Assembly: GCF_001194135.2 (NCBI RefSeq)
Contig: NC_068985.1
Span: 33,908,001 to 33,972,000 of the forward strand
DNA: 64,000 nucleotides
From: Octopus bimaculoides
Lineage: Eukaryota
Direction of reading: 5' to 3'
The notes below the pieces were generated by a model. That model did not search any database and was not told the DNA's origin. It saw only the letters and a program-made list of their open reading frames with translations. Made by a program: the position numbers and the translations under genes. Below, piece by piece: positions 25,706-37,700 of the stretch. How positions within the stretch are numbered: position 1 is the first letter of the stretch; every line of letters begins with the position of its first letter.

Positions 25706-28700
25706 ATTTGTTAAGTGCCAGTAAACGAAACTCGACCACTGAGTTTACTTCGTAACTTCTGCCGATTATATACATACACATACAAGAACACAAATAGGTT
25801 AAGATTCACTACAGCTGTTTCAGACGCGTGTGTGTATATATATATATATATATAAAACATACGCTATATGTGTGTGTATGAATATATATTAAAGTCTTAT
25901 TGCCTCACTCCCTTTCATTCATTCCCACTCTTTTTTTATTTTCATTTCCTTGTTTCTCTCCCTCGAACTTGAACTGACCTGTCTTTCTCCCTCCTGTTTA
26001 ATTTATTCGTGTTTCTCCTTTTTCAAACCTCTCACTTAGTTTCGCTATTTTCCCTTCTCGCCAACATCTCTAATACAGTATCTTCCTTTCTGCCTCTCTT
26101 CTTCCCCCTCCTTTGCTGCGCTTGTTTAAACCACTTCACTAATTCTTTTCCTCCCCCTCTCTTGCAGTGTTTGCCTCCTAACATCTACGTTTTACTCACT
26201 CAATCTCTTTATTCCTTTCCCTTCGTTTCTTTCCCATCCAATCTTCCCTTCTTTTCATCCATTTTCGTAATCTTAATAGAACGTGTTTCAGTCACTAGGC
26301 TGCGGCCATACTGGGACACCTCCTTGAAGAATTTTAGTCGAACGAATCTAAGGGATCAAATAGATCTTGGCAAATAAACTTACACACACATAAAAGGTGG
26401 CCACCGTCAGTTTCGCAAATATACACACATGCTGATCAGTCTTGCTCCTTCGCTTTTTCTCCCTTGTCTTTATTGCGCTTCTTTGTGTCCGAGTAAACTA
26501 AAGAGAGTAGCCAAAGCGTTTCGTTCAAACAGGCACACTTTGAGACAGGCACGTATACAAATAAAGAGAGAGGGACAGAAGCAGAAAAAAGTGTGGGCGT
26601 AAACTGTTGAACGTTTAGAAATTTATCTTTTTATTTAATGTTCTGTCTTAGCCTTATCCAGTCAATTACGAAGGCAACTGAACTTGAACGGTCTGACCAA
26701 GTAGTTATTATGCTCGAAGACAGCTTCACTTTTACTTAGGCTACAATGTTCTCTATAACGTTGTTTGTTATGGCCGGTCATAGAGAGACTCTTTTTTTTT
26801 TTGTTTACAAAATTAACTGTCCATGATGCGCCTCCAGCCATTTGAGTTTGTCCAATCACCTATACAACTAAGCGCTTTATAGGTGCGAAACCAACGGTCA
26901 ATCTCTGACCCGCCATCACAAACACCTTCTAAATATCACTCCTCTAATTTTAGAGTGTACCTCTTTTCGGACGGACGGACACACACTTGAGGTACAAACT
27001 AGGAAAAAAATAAAATTCTAAACACACATGTAGCAGCTTATTCGTTCAAAGTTACTCGTTTCTTCTGTCGCTGATCGGAGTTTCTTACGATGCGTGATCT
27101 CTTGTAGCCTAACAGATCGCACATAGCGAAGAGTAGCTTCGAACGTACACACACACACATATATATACAGAGAGAGGGGAGATGTTGGTGTTTAAGTCAC
27201 GCACACCATTGCGAGTGGTAGTTCATAAGTGAGTAAATTTGTAAATCAGAAATATATTTAACCAGGATATAACATTGCAAAACTTTAATAACATAGGAAG
27301 TATCTGTACAAATACGTATGTGTACAATATGAGATTAAAAGCAAGTGATCATTCGAAAGGATAAGAAAGATATAACGAGACATAGAGGGGTAGCAAGTGG
27401 AACTTGATGTAAGACTACAAGACCATTCGCAATAAGGGCTTTTATTCAGAGTTATGGTGTATTATTACATAAAAAATATATCAAAAATGAATAATATTCA
27501 ACCCATTAATGCATAAACAAAAAAACAGAACAATCAGAAAATTATTAGATTAAATAAACTTTATGCATTACTGGGTCAAGTATTAAACAACCAAGGAATA
27601 CGCTCAAAACTAATGTTCAGAAGACAAATACTGAAGATAAGTTCTTGACGAGCCGAGTCCATGACACGATTCCAATTTCCGGTTGAAGCTATTTATGTTT
27701 CATTTAGATTATTGCGTTACAGAAAAGAAATGAACATTATATTCAATTTTCCCGACATTAATCAGAAACTTTGAGCTTAGTCAAAAGAAGTCAATATTGG
27801 CCATGTCCTAAGCATACAGTTTAAATACATTATCACAGAAAAGTATGTATATATGAGAGAGTGTCTGTATAATAAAATGTGGAACAAATGGAGCTAAACA
27901 AACGTAATCCATTTATTGCTCTGATTACAAACGGGCAAAGTCATAGTGACTCCAGTAAAAGGAGAATAGAATTCATTGTCTTTCTTAAGAGATGTATGGT
28001 GTGTGTGTGAGGTGAAGTCGCCGCGACTAGAAATCGAAATCAGGTTGATGACGCCGTGCGTTTACTATATTTTTAACAGCATAATTTAATGATAATGGAT
28101 GTAATTTAGAGACCACTGTTTATAAAAATAAATAATATTTTTTTAATTATGACATTGAGCATAATTGCTGTGGTAAAACAATATATGAAAAGAGTGAATG
28201 TGAGTGCGTACTCTGATGGATTAAACTTTTTATTTTCAGAAAAGGTTCATAATAGGATTTCAGTGGAAAATCAAATGGTGACGAAAAATGACGAGGAATT
28301 GTTTTTTTGTTTTTAAAATTTTTTAATATATACATTCCTGTATTTTATAAAACAGAAATTATGATTCTGAAATAAACATTTTCAAAAATTTTCCCAATTC
28401 GTGACTTTTGCCTTTTCTGTAAGGTAGTGATAGCTATTCCAAGAGCCCACCGAAAATTGCACTAAAACAACTTGTTCTCGTTTAGCTACTTATTATCAGA
28501 GTTAAAAACGACAGCATATGCACTTGGTAATTAGAGTAACTTCAGTATAATGTTTTATTATGCAAGATATATTTAACCACAGAGTATTGTGCCTATGAAA
28601 ATAAAAATCAATACAGATCTAAGAGAGATCAAAACTATTTGATTTTCTTTGATTAACTTTGATATCCTTTAACTTAAACAATATAAATAACATACGTATC

Positions 28701-31700
28701 TAATGCAGTGGTTCTGAAACATTTTGACTGTGTCGCACTGGTGATCAAATGAAATTACTGACTTCATATTGAAAATCAAAAATTTAGAACTACAGAAAAC
28801 TATTACTCCGTTATATTAACTATACTTTTGTGTTAGAAAATAACACGCTTTTCTAGACGCTCATACCTTAAAGCCTTAAATACTATTTTATAAAAATCCT
28901 CGAAACATCTAGATACTCTAACAACGCACCAGTGCGCTGTGATACGCCTTTTGATACTTATTTAGTGAGTACATATTTTCTAGCAGAATAGTTCTGACAG
29001 TTTAAAAACTATTTCCTCTCACCCATTTAGATAGTATTCATAATTAAGTAATAACATATAGAGATGAATGCATATGATTGTAGTATAGATAATAAAAGGG
29101 AATTTCTACGAAATAACCTACTTAAGGCTACAGAACAGACATTTAGCTGAGGTAAAGTCCAGCCATGCTGAAAGTAACGTTATGGTGGAATGATACAATT
29201 GATAGTGCAGCGAAAGCTAAAAGACACGCTCGGAAAACTTGAAAGGAAGGTGGCAGTAGGAAGCATTATAAAATGACTAGGCGACAGGTATGCTTTGGCT
29301 AAGAGGGGGGTAGAAAAGAAAGCTGCCACATGAGGATCATAGGCATGAAGCTGAAGTGTTCAGGATTGTAATACAGTTTGTGAGAGTGAACTATGGTCAT
29401 TGGTGAGAAATGTATGCTGAATAAGGACAGCATTTTTGGTAAACCATCATTTCTGGCATTCATTGACTTGGAGAAGGCGTTTGACAGGGTACATCTTCAG
29501 TAATTTGGAGGTCATTAAGAAAATTACAAGTAGATTAATGGTCTGTAAGGGTTGTACAAGCTATGTTCAATGATGCAGTAAGTAAAGTGAGAGTAAGAAT
29601 GATTTTAGGGACGAATTCAGCATGAGGATGGGAGTCCATCAAGGCTCACAGAGAAGTTTAAAACTGGTTGTCAATGGGAACTCCTAAGCTTTACATTTGA
29701 CAGAATAATCTGAATGCTAAATAAAGGGTTAAAAAAAAACCCAGAACTACCTTACTTGTTTTATAATTCATAGTTTGATACCCCTTTTTATTGTACAATT
29801 CAAAGTATACAAAAAAAAAAAAAAAAAGAATGTTCAATGATTTTGAGTTCTGAGTGTGATTTAACAGCATGAATTTGTATAATGTCTTCAAGCATAATTT
29901 TCTATATAATTTAATGTCTTATTTCAATAGATAAAACAAGCAGCATTTGCAATAAAATTATAAAATTCCACTGAAGTCATGCTTTCAAAGGTACATAAAA
30001 CAAACAAAAACTTAGAATATCAGCAAATGAAAAAGACTATCTTTAAGTATTTATGCATGTTTTGAATTATAATTATTTAGTCAGGTTTTCACAGGTATAC
30101 ACACACATATTTACATCATACACAGAATGGAAAATGGGGAGAAAGATTAAGAGAGAGACATTGTTTTTAACTATTTGATCAAACTAAATGAACAAAAAAT
30201 ACCCTATTGACACCAATCTGCTTGAAAACGTCTTTTGTTTTGTGATACAAAACTGCCTGTTTTAAAGTGTTCACACTTAAAAGCTTCCATCATAATTTTA
30301 TAATACTTTGCTCAATTATAAAGCAGCGAACTAGCAGAATTGTTACTGTGCTGGAAAAAGTGCTTAGTAACATGTCTTTTGACTTCACATTCTGAGTTCA
30401 AATAGCACTGGGGTTGATTTTGCCTTTCGTTCTTTTGGGGTCAATAAAATAAGTACCAGTTGAACACTAGGGGAAATGTAATCAACTTACCCACTCTCCA
30501 AAATTGCTGGCCTTATGCCAAAATTTGAAATCAATATTTTTGTTCAACTATGTTCCAAACATAAATTTAATATACTGATTAATTAGAAGTCAAATTCACA
30601 GGTAGTGTATTTTATTAGAAACATGGTTATGAGAAAATTAAGAAAAAAATTATTAGCATTAGATAGGTTAATTTGATATGGTTAATATTTTACAATTCAG
30701 TATTGTTGAAAAAAAAATGGTCAAAATGTAAAAAAAAAAACAAAACAAAAAAAACGACTTTTCTAGTACTGTAGAGTGAAATGAAGTATGTACTTACGTT
30801 TTCACTCTGTTTTTTATCTATTTTAAGCGAACATCCTATGAGTTTTAACTGGGGTTCAGGTGATCCTAGTCCAGAGAATTTCATGATATCATTACAAATT
30901 TTTATCACAATATCTTTACTAGGACACTGTAAGAAAGAAAAAAAATGAGAGAATGAAAACAAAATTGAAAGTCAGAAATATTTTCAAGATCATTAAACTC
31001 CTTTTATAAAAGGATAATTTGGAAATTTTAATCAATGAAAATCAAGGAGAGTATTGCATTCATTTGCGAAACATTTGTTTTAGAATGGTGCTGTAGATAA
31101 AGAAGCTACAGAACTCCAAATGTGTTTGAATCCAAATCCTGCCAGGATCATGTCTTCCATCCCTCTCTGGTGTTGATAAAATAAGCATTATGCATGTGGT
31201 TTATTTCAAATGATTACATGGATGAACCAATGTAAGAAATCAATATTTTTGGAAGTCAGAGATAATGTATAAAGTAATATTGGTAATAATGTTTTTTCAT
31301 ATAATCATATATACCCAAACTTTACCTTTAATGACTCATTAAAAATGTTTTTTGCAAAACAAGATACAAATGTTCTGCAGAACATTACTTAGAAATGTTA
31401 ACCAAATCATTTCCTAAACAAAAGTATGAAATAAAATGAAGCTGCTGATTTACTCCAAAAATTTGCAGCAGCTACTGCTGCTCCTACTATCACCACCACC
31501 ATTACCACCCCAACTAATGTTATTAATCTTTAAATACAAGATTTTGGGGCTAAATTTGATGCTTTTTTGTCTTCTTTTTTTCAGGAACAGGTTGATGTAT
31601 TGGTGAACAGTCAACAGTATTGGAGAGCATAAAGATTAAAGCTGTAGTTGAGAAAAAGTTAGCTGACATGGATGAGAGGAAGCCATTTGAATATTGGAAA

Positions 31701-34700
31701 AGATTTACCTGTACCATGATGATTTGTGCTAAATATCAAAATGCTGAGATTATGACTGCTGCTCGATACTCTGCTAATACTGTACAGCTGCAACAAAGAC
31801 TATGAAGCTATGGTCAGCAAGAAAGGACATAGCTGGCATTCTGACTGTGCCTGCATGCCAGAATTCATTTCCACATCTTTGAATAGGGTTTTAGGCAAAA
31901 TTCAGATGGCTATGTGAAGCTACTGAAGGATGCTGGAAGTTCCTGGCTGAAGGTTGCAGCTGGAAGGCCATATGTGTGGTAGCAGTATTCTGGAAAGAGT
32001 TAGAGAATATCAATGCTCTCACCAGCCCAAATTCCTACCTCCCTAATTCCCCTAATTGTAATCCCATGGATTACTATGCGTGGGGCACAGTTGGTAAAGA
32101 CACCAACTGCTCTGTCTACAACACCAAGACTGAGCTGGTAACCAAAATCAAGTAGCTGTTTGAAGAGGGACACAATGAGGAATACATGCATCAGGTTCCA
32201 GAGCCATCTTGAGGCTGTGGTAGAAGCTGAAGGCAGCTACATTGAGTAAACTGTTATCTCCCAGCCACAATCTAGTTGATAATTTTTGATTTTTTTAAAA
32301 CATACTTTATTTTTGGATAAAATACTGTGTTTTCTTTCTCCTATTACGCAAGCTGTCAAATTTAGCCTGAATACCCTGTATATAAGGTCATCTTTCATTA
32401 GTTTTCACAGTTGAAATTTGGAGCTTTGTTTTAACTCCAAGTTTAAACTACTTCACATGTATATGTGTTGAATTACTTTTGTATTTTAGCATGATGTTTA
32501 TATTCATATGCTGCATTATATCACTAAACAGAGATTAGACATATATACAAAATATATGGTGAACACAAAGGGGACATACATAGTAACTTTGTGTATAGAG
32601 AATATAGTATAAGGAAATTGATCAAGTATTGCTCAGAGATGACATTTTTCTAAAGAAAAGAGTTGTTTTTTTTATTATCTCATACATATCTAAAAACATC
32701 AAAATCAAAAGCAAGCCCACTTGTTTACATAACAAATATTTGCGAAACATCACTACTTTCTGTTTATTTTCCACAAATTTCTTATTTTTTTCTTGGCCTT
32801 TAAAATTTACTTCTCTTACTTTTCAAATCAATTCACTGGTAGGATTAAGCTATTATGTTTCACTATCTGACAAAGAATTATTTGCTAGAAATATAAACTG
32901 ACATTCGCAAGTCATTTGATATATCCTATTGTGTTGCTCCAATCACCTGTGCTCAGCTGGCACAGAGCTAATCAAGTAAATGTTTAGCAGTAACCCACAA
33001 GTTCTGCACTCTGGATATAGAACATACTAGACTAGATTGAACTTTAGTATTCTAGCCAAGGCAATCCTGCATTTATGATGTCATGGTGCTTCAAGCTGAA
33101 ATCCATATTTAGAGTATTGATAGAGATTTGATAACTACATTTAAAAGGTGAATGACTATTTTAAAGCTCTTTGTTGATGGTATTAGTGATATAAGTAATG
33201 AAAGCTTGTAAAAAATTCAGTGAAGACATTTATGTTGAAGCTATGACAAAAATAAGTAATGAAAATAAGAAATCCACTGAATAATTTTAAAAGAATTAGA
33301 TATATGCATTGTGGAGAATATCATATATATGTAACATAAATTTGTTTCTTTTCTTTTGGGTTGATGGTGGTAGTGGAATGGATTAACTTTGCAAAATATA
33401 AATAAAAAGAATTATGCGAGTGATTTAATATAGGATTTTTGTTTTCAAAATTCAGTAGGTAGTTTACTGCCAGTTATAGTATGATAAAAATTGTGGATGT
33501 TGATGAATGGCTAGGTGAATATATAGACTGGAATCCATATAGTTGTTTTTGCAGCAAAGCCAATTTATATTTATAAAAAACCCTCAGATATTTCTGCTTA
33601 TAAAATAATTGGTAATAATAGATGACAAACTTTTTCTTTTTAAATTATAGAGCTTAGTTTTGCCAGAAGAGACCATACTATGAAGGAGTGGGGCCAGGAG
33701 AAACCCAGAAGAAATGAACTTATGGTATTCAATGGAATTTTGTATTCTGCTCTACAATTCTCATCACCCAGTTTGACTCTTTCCACAAGATACAAACATC
33801 CTTTATTTTAGGGGTAGACTGAATAGGAAATTGTGACATTTATGCATTTCCTAAGGCATTTGCAGTAGAGAAATGAATTTACTTCAACCAGATGGCAAAA
33901 TGTCCTTACCACCAGACTTTGTTTAGGAATATTGACTTCTAGCATAGAGGTGCATAGATCTGTAGACAGAAAACAGTTCAATACTGGGAAATTTGTTGGA
34001 AAGTGAACTCTTGTCAATCAGGTGAATAGCTTTATTTTTAAGCAGTTTAAAATGTTCATGTACCTAGTTGTACTGTCCTAGATGTATGAGAAGTACTCCC
34101 CAAAATTTCCTTATGAATTAGCTACTTTCCATCATTATTTGAAATGACTAAAGAAAATATTAGAAAGATTAAAACACACCGTCATTTAGTACACAACAAG
34201 CAATAATTCATCCTGTTTCAATTACAGTAGTACACTATTTTTTACTGAATAAATCTTCACCAAAATCCACCAAACATCCTTTCCTGTAATACTTCACCTA
34301 AATGACTCGGTTAACTACCCAATTGTTTCTACAAAGAGATGCAGAGTGTATAACAAATGTTTCATTAGCTTGTAAATGCTAAATTGAAATTCCCTTTTGT
34401 GCATAGCTGAGAGAGGATTCTACTAAAATGACTTTTCTTTAATATTGTACAAAGACAAAGATGATAATTATAACCTAAAAACCAAAGGGTTAATGAAACA
34501 TTCATTCCAATGTTGATTAGTCAACCTTGTCATGGTTATGGTTTTCATCTCCCATCTAAATGGATTATGCATCATACTTAGAGAGGTTAAATAAGGAAAA
34601 AATGCAAAGCAAGATATGAATTTATGAGCTGAGGACTATAGTACCCAAACAAGTCTAAATCAACACAATATATATAAACTGATATTTGTAATAGAAATAG

Positions 34701-37700
34701 TATCAGTGTATACTAGGCATAGCTAGGATTATATTTTCAACAAATTTACAGCATGGATTATTATTATTATTTACAACTTTTACAACTTAAGTTCCTCCAT
34801 AAAATTACTACTACATTACACATTAATATTATCTAACAGACAATTAAGTAACTAATCAAAATGTTAAAGGTGTATTTCAAAAATAACAAAAGAGAAACAT
34901 ACAACAAGAACGATTACTGTTCTTTCACAATGCTTTCAGTTAATCCAACGGTTAGTTATTGATAGAAAAATATCTTTACAGCCTGCTTTTGAACAATCCC
35001 AATAGAATTGGCAATAAGGGAAACAGTTAAAAAAAGTATAATGTGATAAAACTACAAGTTGTCTGCATCAGCAAACATTATGTAATAAACATTGTGAGTT
35101 GGATAAATTTGATACTTTGGAGCTATCCTAGTACCAAAGAGATAATAAAAAGAAATGTTTTATTTTCTTCTTTGAGATGAAGGGATGGCACTAAAGCATC
35201 AGATTCTTCTCCTCATGGTATAAAAACTTATCCAAAAGCGCCAACTTTCCTATAAGTGAAACATGATATCAAAAAGTTAAAACCTACTACTATAACATAC
35301 TAGCATTGTACCTTGAAAATTTACATAACAAACAAAAAGTTAACCACTTGAATTCGAATGGATAAATATACCTGCTTCAATACATTACAGGTGTGTCCAT
35401 GTGGTTTAGAAGTTTGATTTTACATGGCTTTGTGTTTGATTCCAGTGTATAACACCTTGAGCAATTGTCTCCTACCATGGATTCAGGTTGACAAAAGCCT
35501 TGAATTTGCTAGATCATGTGGAAGCCCATCAAAGTGACTGTTCTTGTTTGGGGTGATGAATCTAGTTTGTTATTCAGCTAAACAGCAGCACCGGGCCCAT
35601 GGATGCCTTTAAGCAGAGTCTTTTTCACTGCAAGTAATCAGGCCAGGTCTCTAGTCTGAGAATAATTTCCACACACACTAGTCTTGGAGATTTTGAAAAT
35701 GGTTGTGGTCACAGCTCTTTCCTCTTCTAACTAAAGCATTAAAAATCTAGAAAAGAGGCATATTCACAGGATAATATTTTGAATTATTTCTGTAAAATAT
35801 GAAAACTATACTTTTGTAAATAGTTTTATTTTCATATCTTTTAAATTATAGTGCCAAAACTAAAATTCTATGCTACTCTGCATTTAGATATTGCTTTAGA
35901 CCAAGTTTAAAACATGTTTCTCTGATGAGCCACGAAAAATGGACCCACATGCCTTCACACACAAGCAGACAGTTTATTTTTATATTTAAGATATATTATC
36001 TAATGTTTAGTAAAATACATACATATACATTCGATATTAATATGTGTTAGATTTTTACACAATCTCAAAAGTATTCAACAAACATTTGATATTTCATTTT
36101 AACCAATAGTAAGTATGAGATAATACTGGATGTAGCACAGAGAAGAGCCACTAAGTACAGATATAAATTAATTGTCTATTGTTTCATGACTTGAATAAAG
36201 TGACATTTTTCTATTTGCCTCACACTAGATACATAACATTCTCGTTTTATAAGTAAATGGCCAAGGTTAAATATAACAACACATTCCATATCCAAGTCAC
36301 TAAGTAAGAGCATTAAAAACCACCTTAGAGTGTACTTATTAAATTGCAACAGGAATATGAAAGGCTTAATATAAGCCATAATTAACATTAGGAAGAAACA
36401 ATACACAAAACCAATTGCAAAAACATTTCACCCATGTTATTATTACAGAAAAATAGAAGCTAATATTTAAACCAGAAAGCTAAGTAAAATTGTGACTCCT
36501 TCCTTACAGGTAGGCATGTCCCTTGTGGGCTCATGAGTGCAGGTGCCACATAAAAGCACCCAGTACATTCTGTAAAGTCATTGGTGCGAGGAAGGGCATC
36601 CAGCTGTAGAAACCTTGCCAAAACTAACATGGAGGCTAGATAGCTCTTCAGCTGGCCAGTTCCTGTCAAACTGTCCAACCCATGCCAGCATGGGAAACAG
36701 ACATTAAATGATGATGTTTCAGGTCTGTGCAACATGCAATAGGAAATGTAACCATTGTTTAAGACCTTCCTCAGTCAAAACATTTAAAAATATAAACCAG
36801 TTGATGGAAATATTTCACTATATTTGGTCAGAGCAATGAGTTGGCTACAAAGTTAGGAGGACAAATATGTAATAGAGAACGAGAGAGGGTGAAAGAGAGA
36901 GAGAGAGTACTCTCTGACCATATACATTGAAATATTTCCATCAACTGGTTCATATTTTGAAATGTTTTAACTGACGAAGGTCTTATATAAGGGATGCATT
37001 TCCTATTATATATTACACAAACCTGAAACGTATATATTATTTCAAACTATCACTATTTGGTTTGACTTCATTATTACAACTTATATGACTTGATGCAAGC
37101 ACAAACTAGCCACTCCAGGCTCCACTTATGCAGACACTCTAACAATGATTTGAAGCAGTTTGTTATATTTGACTCCAGTGCACTGCTTCTTAGTGTAATA
37201 TGAAATAATATGCACACACTCATGTATATGTATACAAGTGTGGGCGTAGCTGTGGTAAGAAGTTGGCTTCTCAGCAAAAAGCTTCTGGGTTCAGTCCCAG
37301 TGTAGCATTATAGACAAGTGTCTTCTACTATCTATGTATGTATGTAAGCATCTTTTCATCTTGACATCATGTGATAATTGTAAATGAGTATCCCTGTCAC
37401 ACAAGCAGTGTCACTCATTTCCAATATTCTGCAAAAACATGCCTGGCCATGAAGAAATATTACATTGCTTGGAAACAGGTGAGTGTTGGTGGCTAGAAGG
37501 GCATCCAGCCTTAGAAACCAAGCCAATCAGACAGGAACCTGGTACAGCTCTCCAGCTGTGGTCAAACCATCCAACCTATGCCAGCATAGAAAACAGATAT
37601 CAAATGATGATGATGATTATATATATTTTTTCTTTTATTTGTTGCAGTCATTAGACTGTGGCCATGCTGGATCACTGTCTTTAGTCAAGCAAATCAACCC

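Noticed and set aside
20200-29600. Nested protein-coding gene or known miRNA in the CpG-rich block
   Set aside because: No coherent exon chain with recognisable protein features, and no match to conserved mature miRNAs I could recall.
31325-31384. Alternative COMMD9 first exon candidate MFCRTFVSCFAKNIFNESLK
   Set aside because: No similarity to COMMD9 N-termini and no promoter context; 45049-45096 fits much better.
33650-34025. Exon-like + strand stretches in COMMD9 intron 1
   Set aside because: The candidate frames are short or broken by stops and I could not link them to any family.
35922-35937. CTGATGAGCCACGAAA hammerhead-like words
   Set aside because: Stem II would be only 1 bp and there is no stem III or cleavage triplet.
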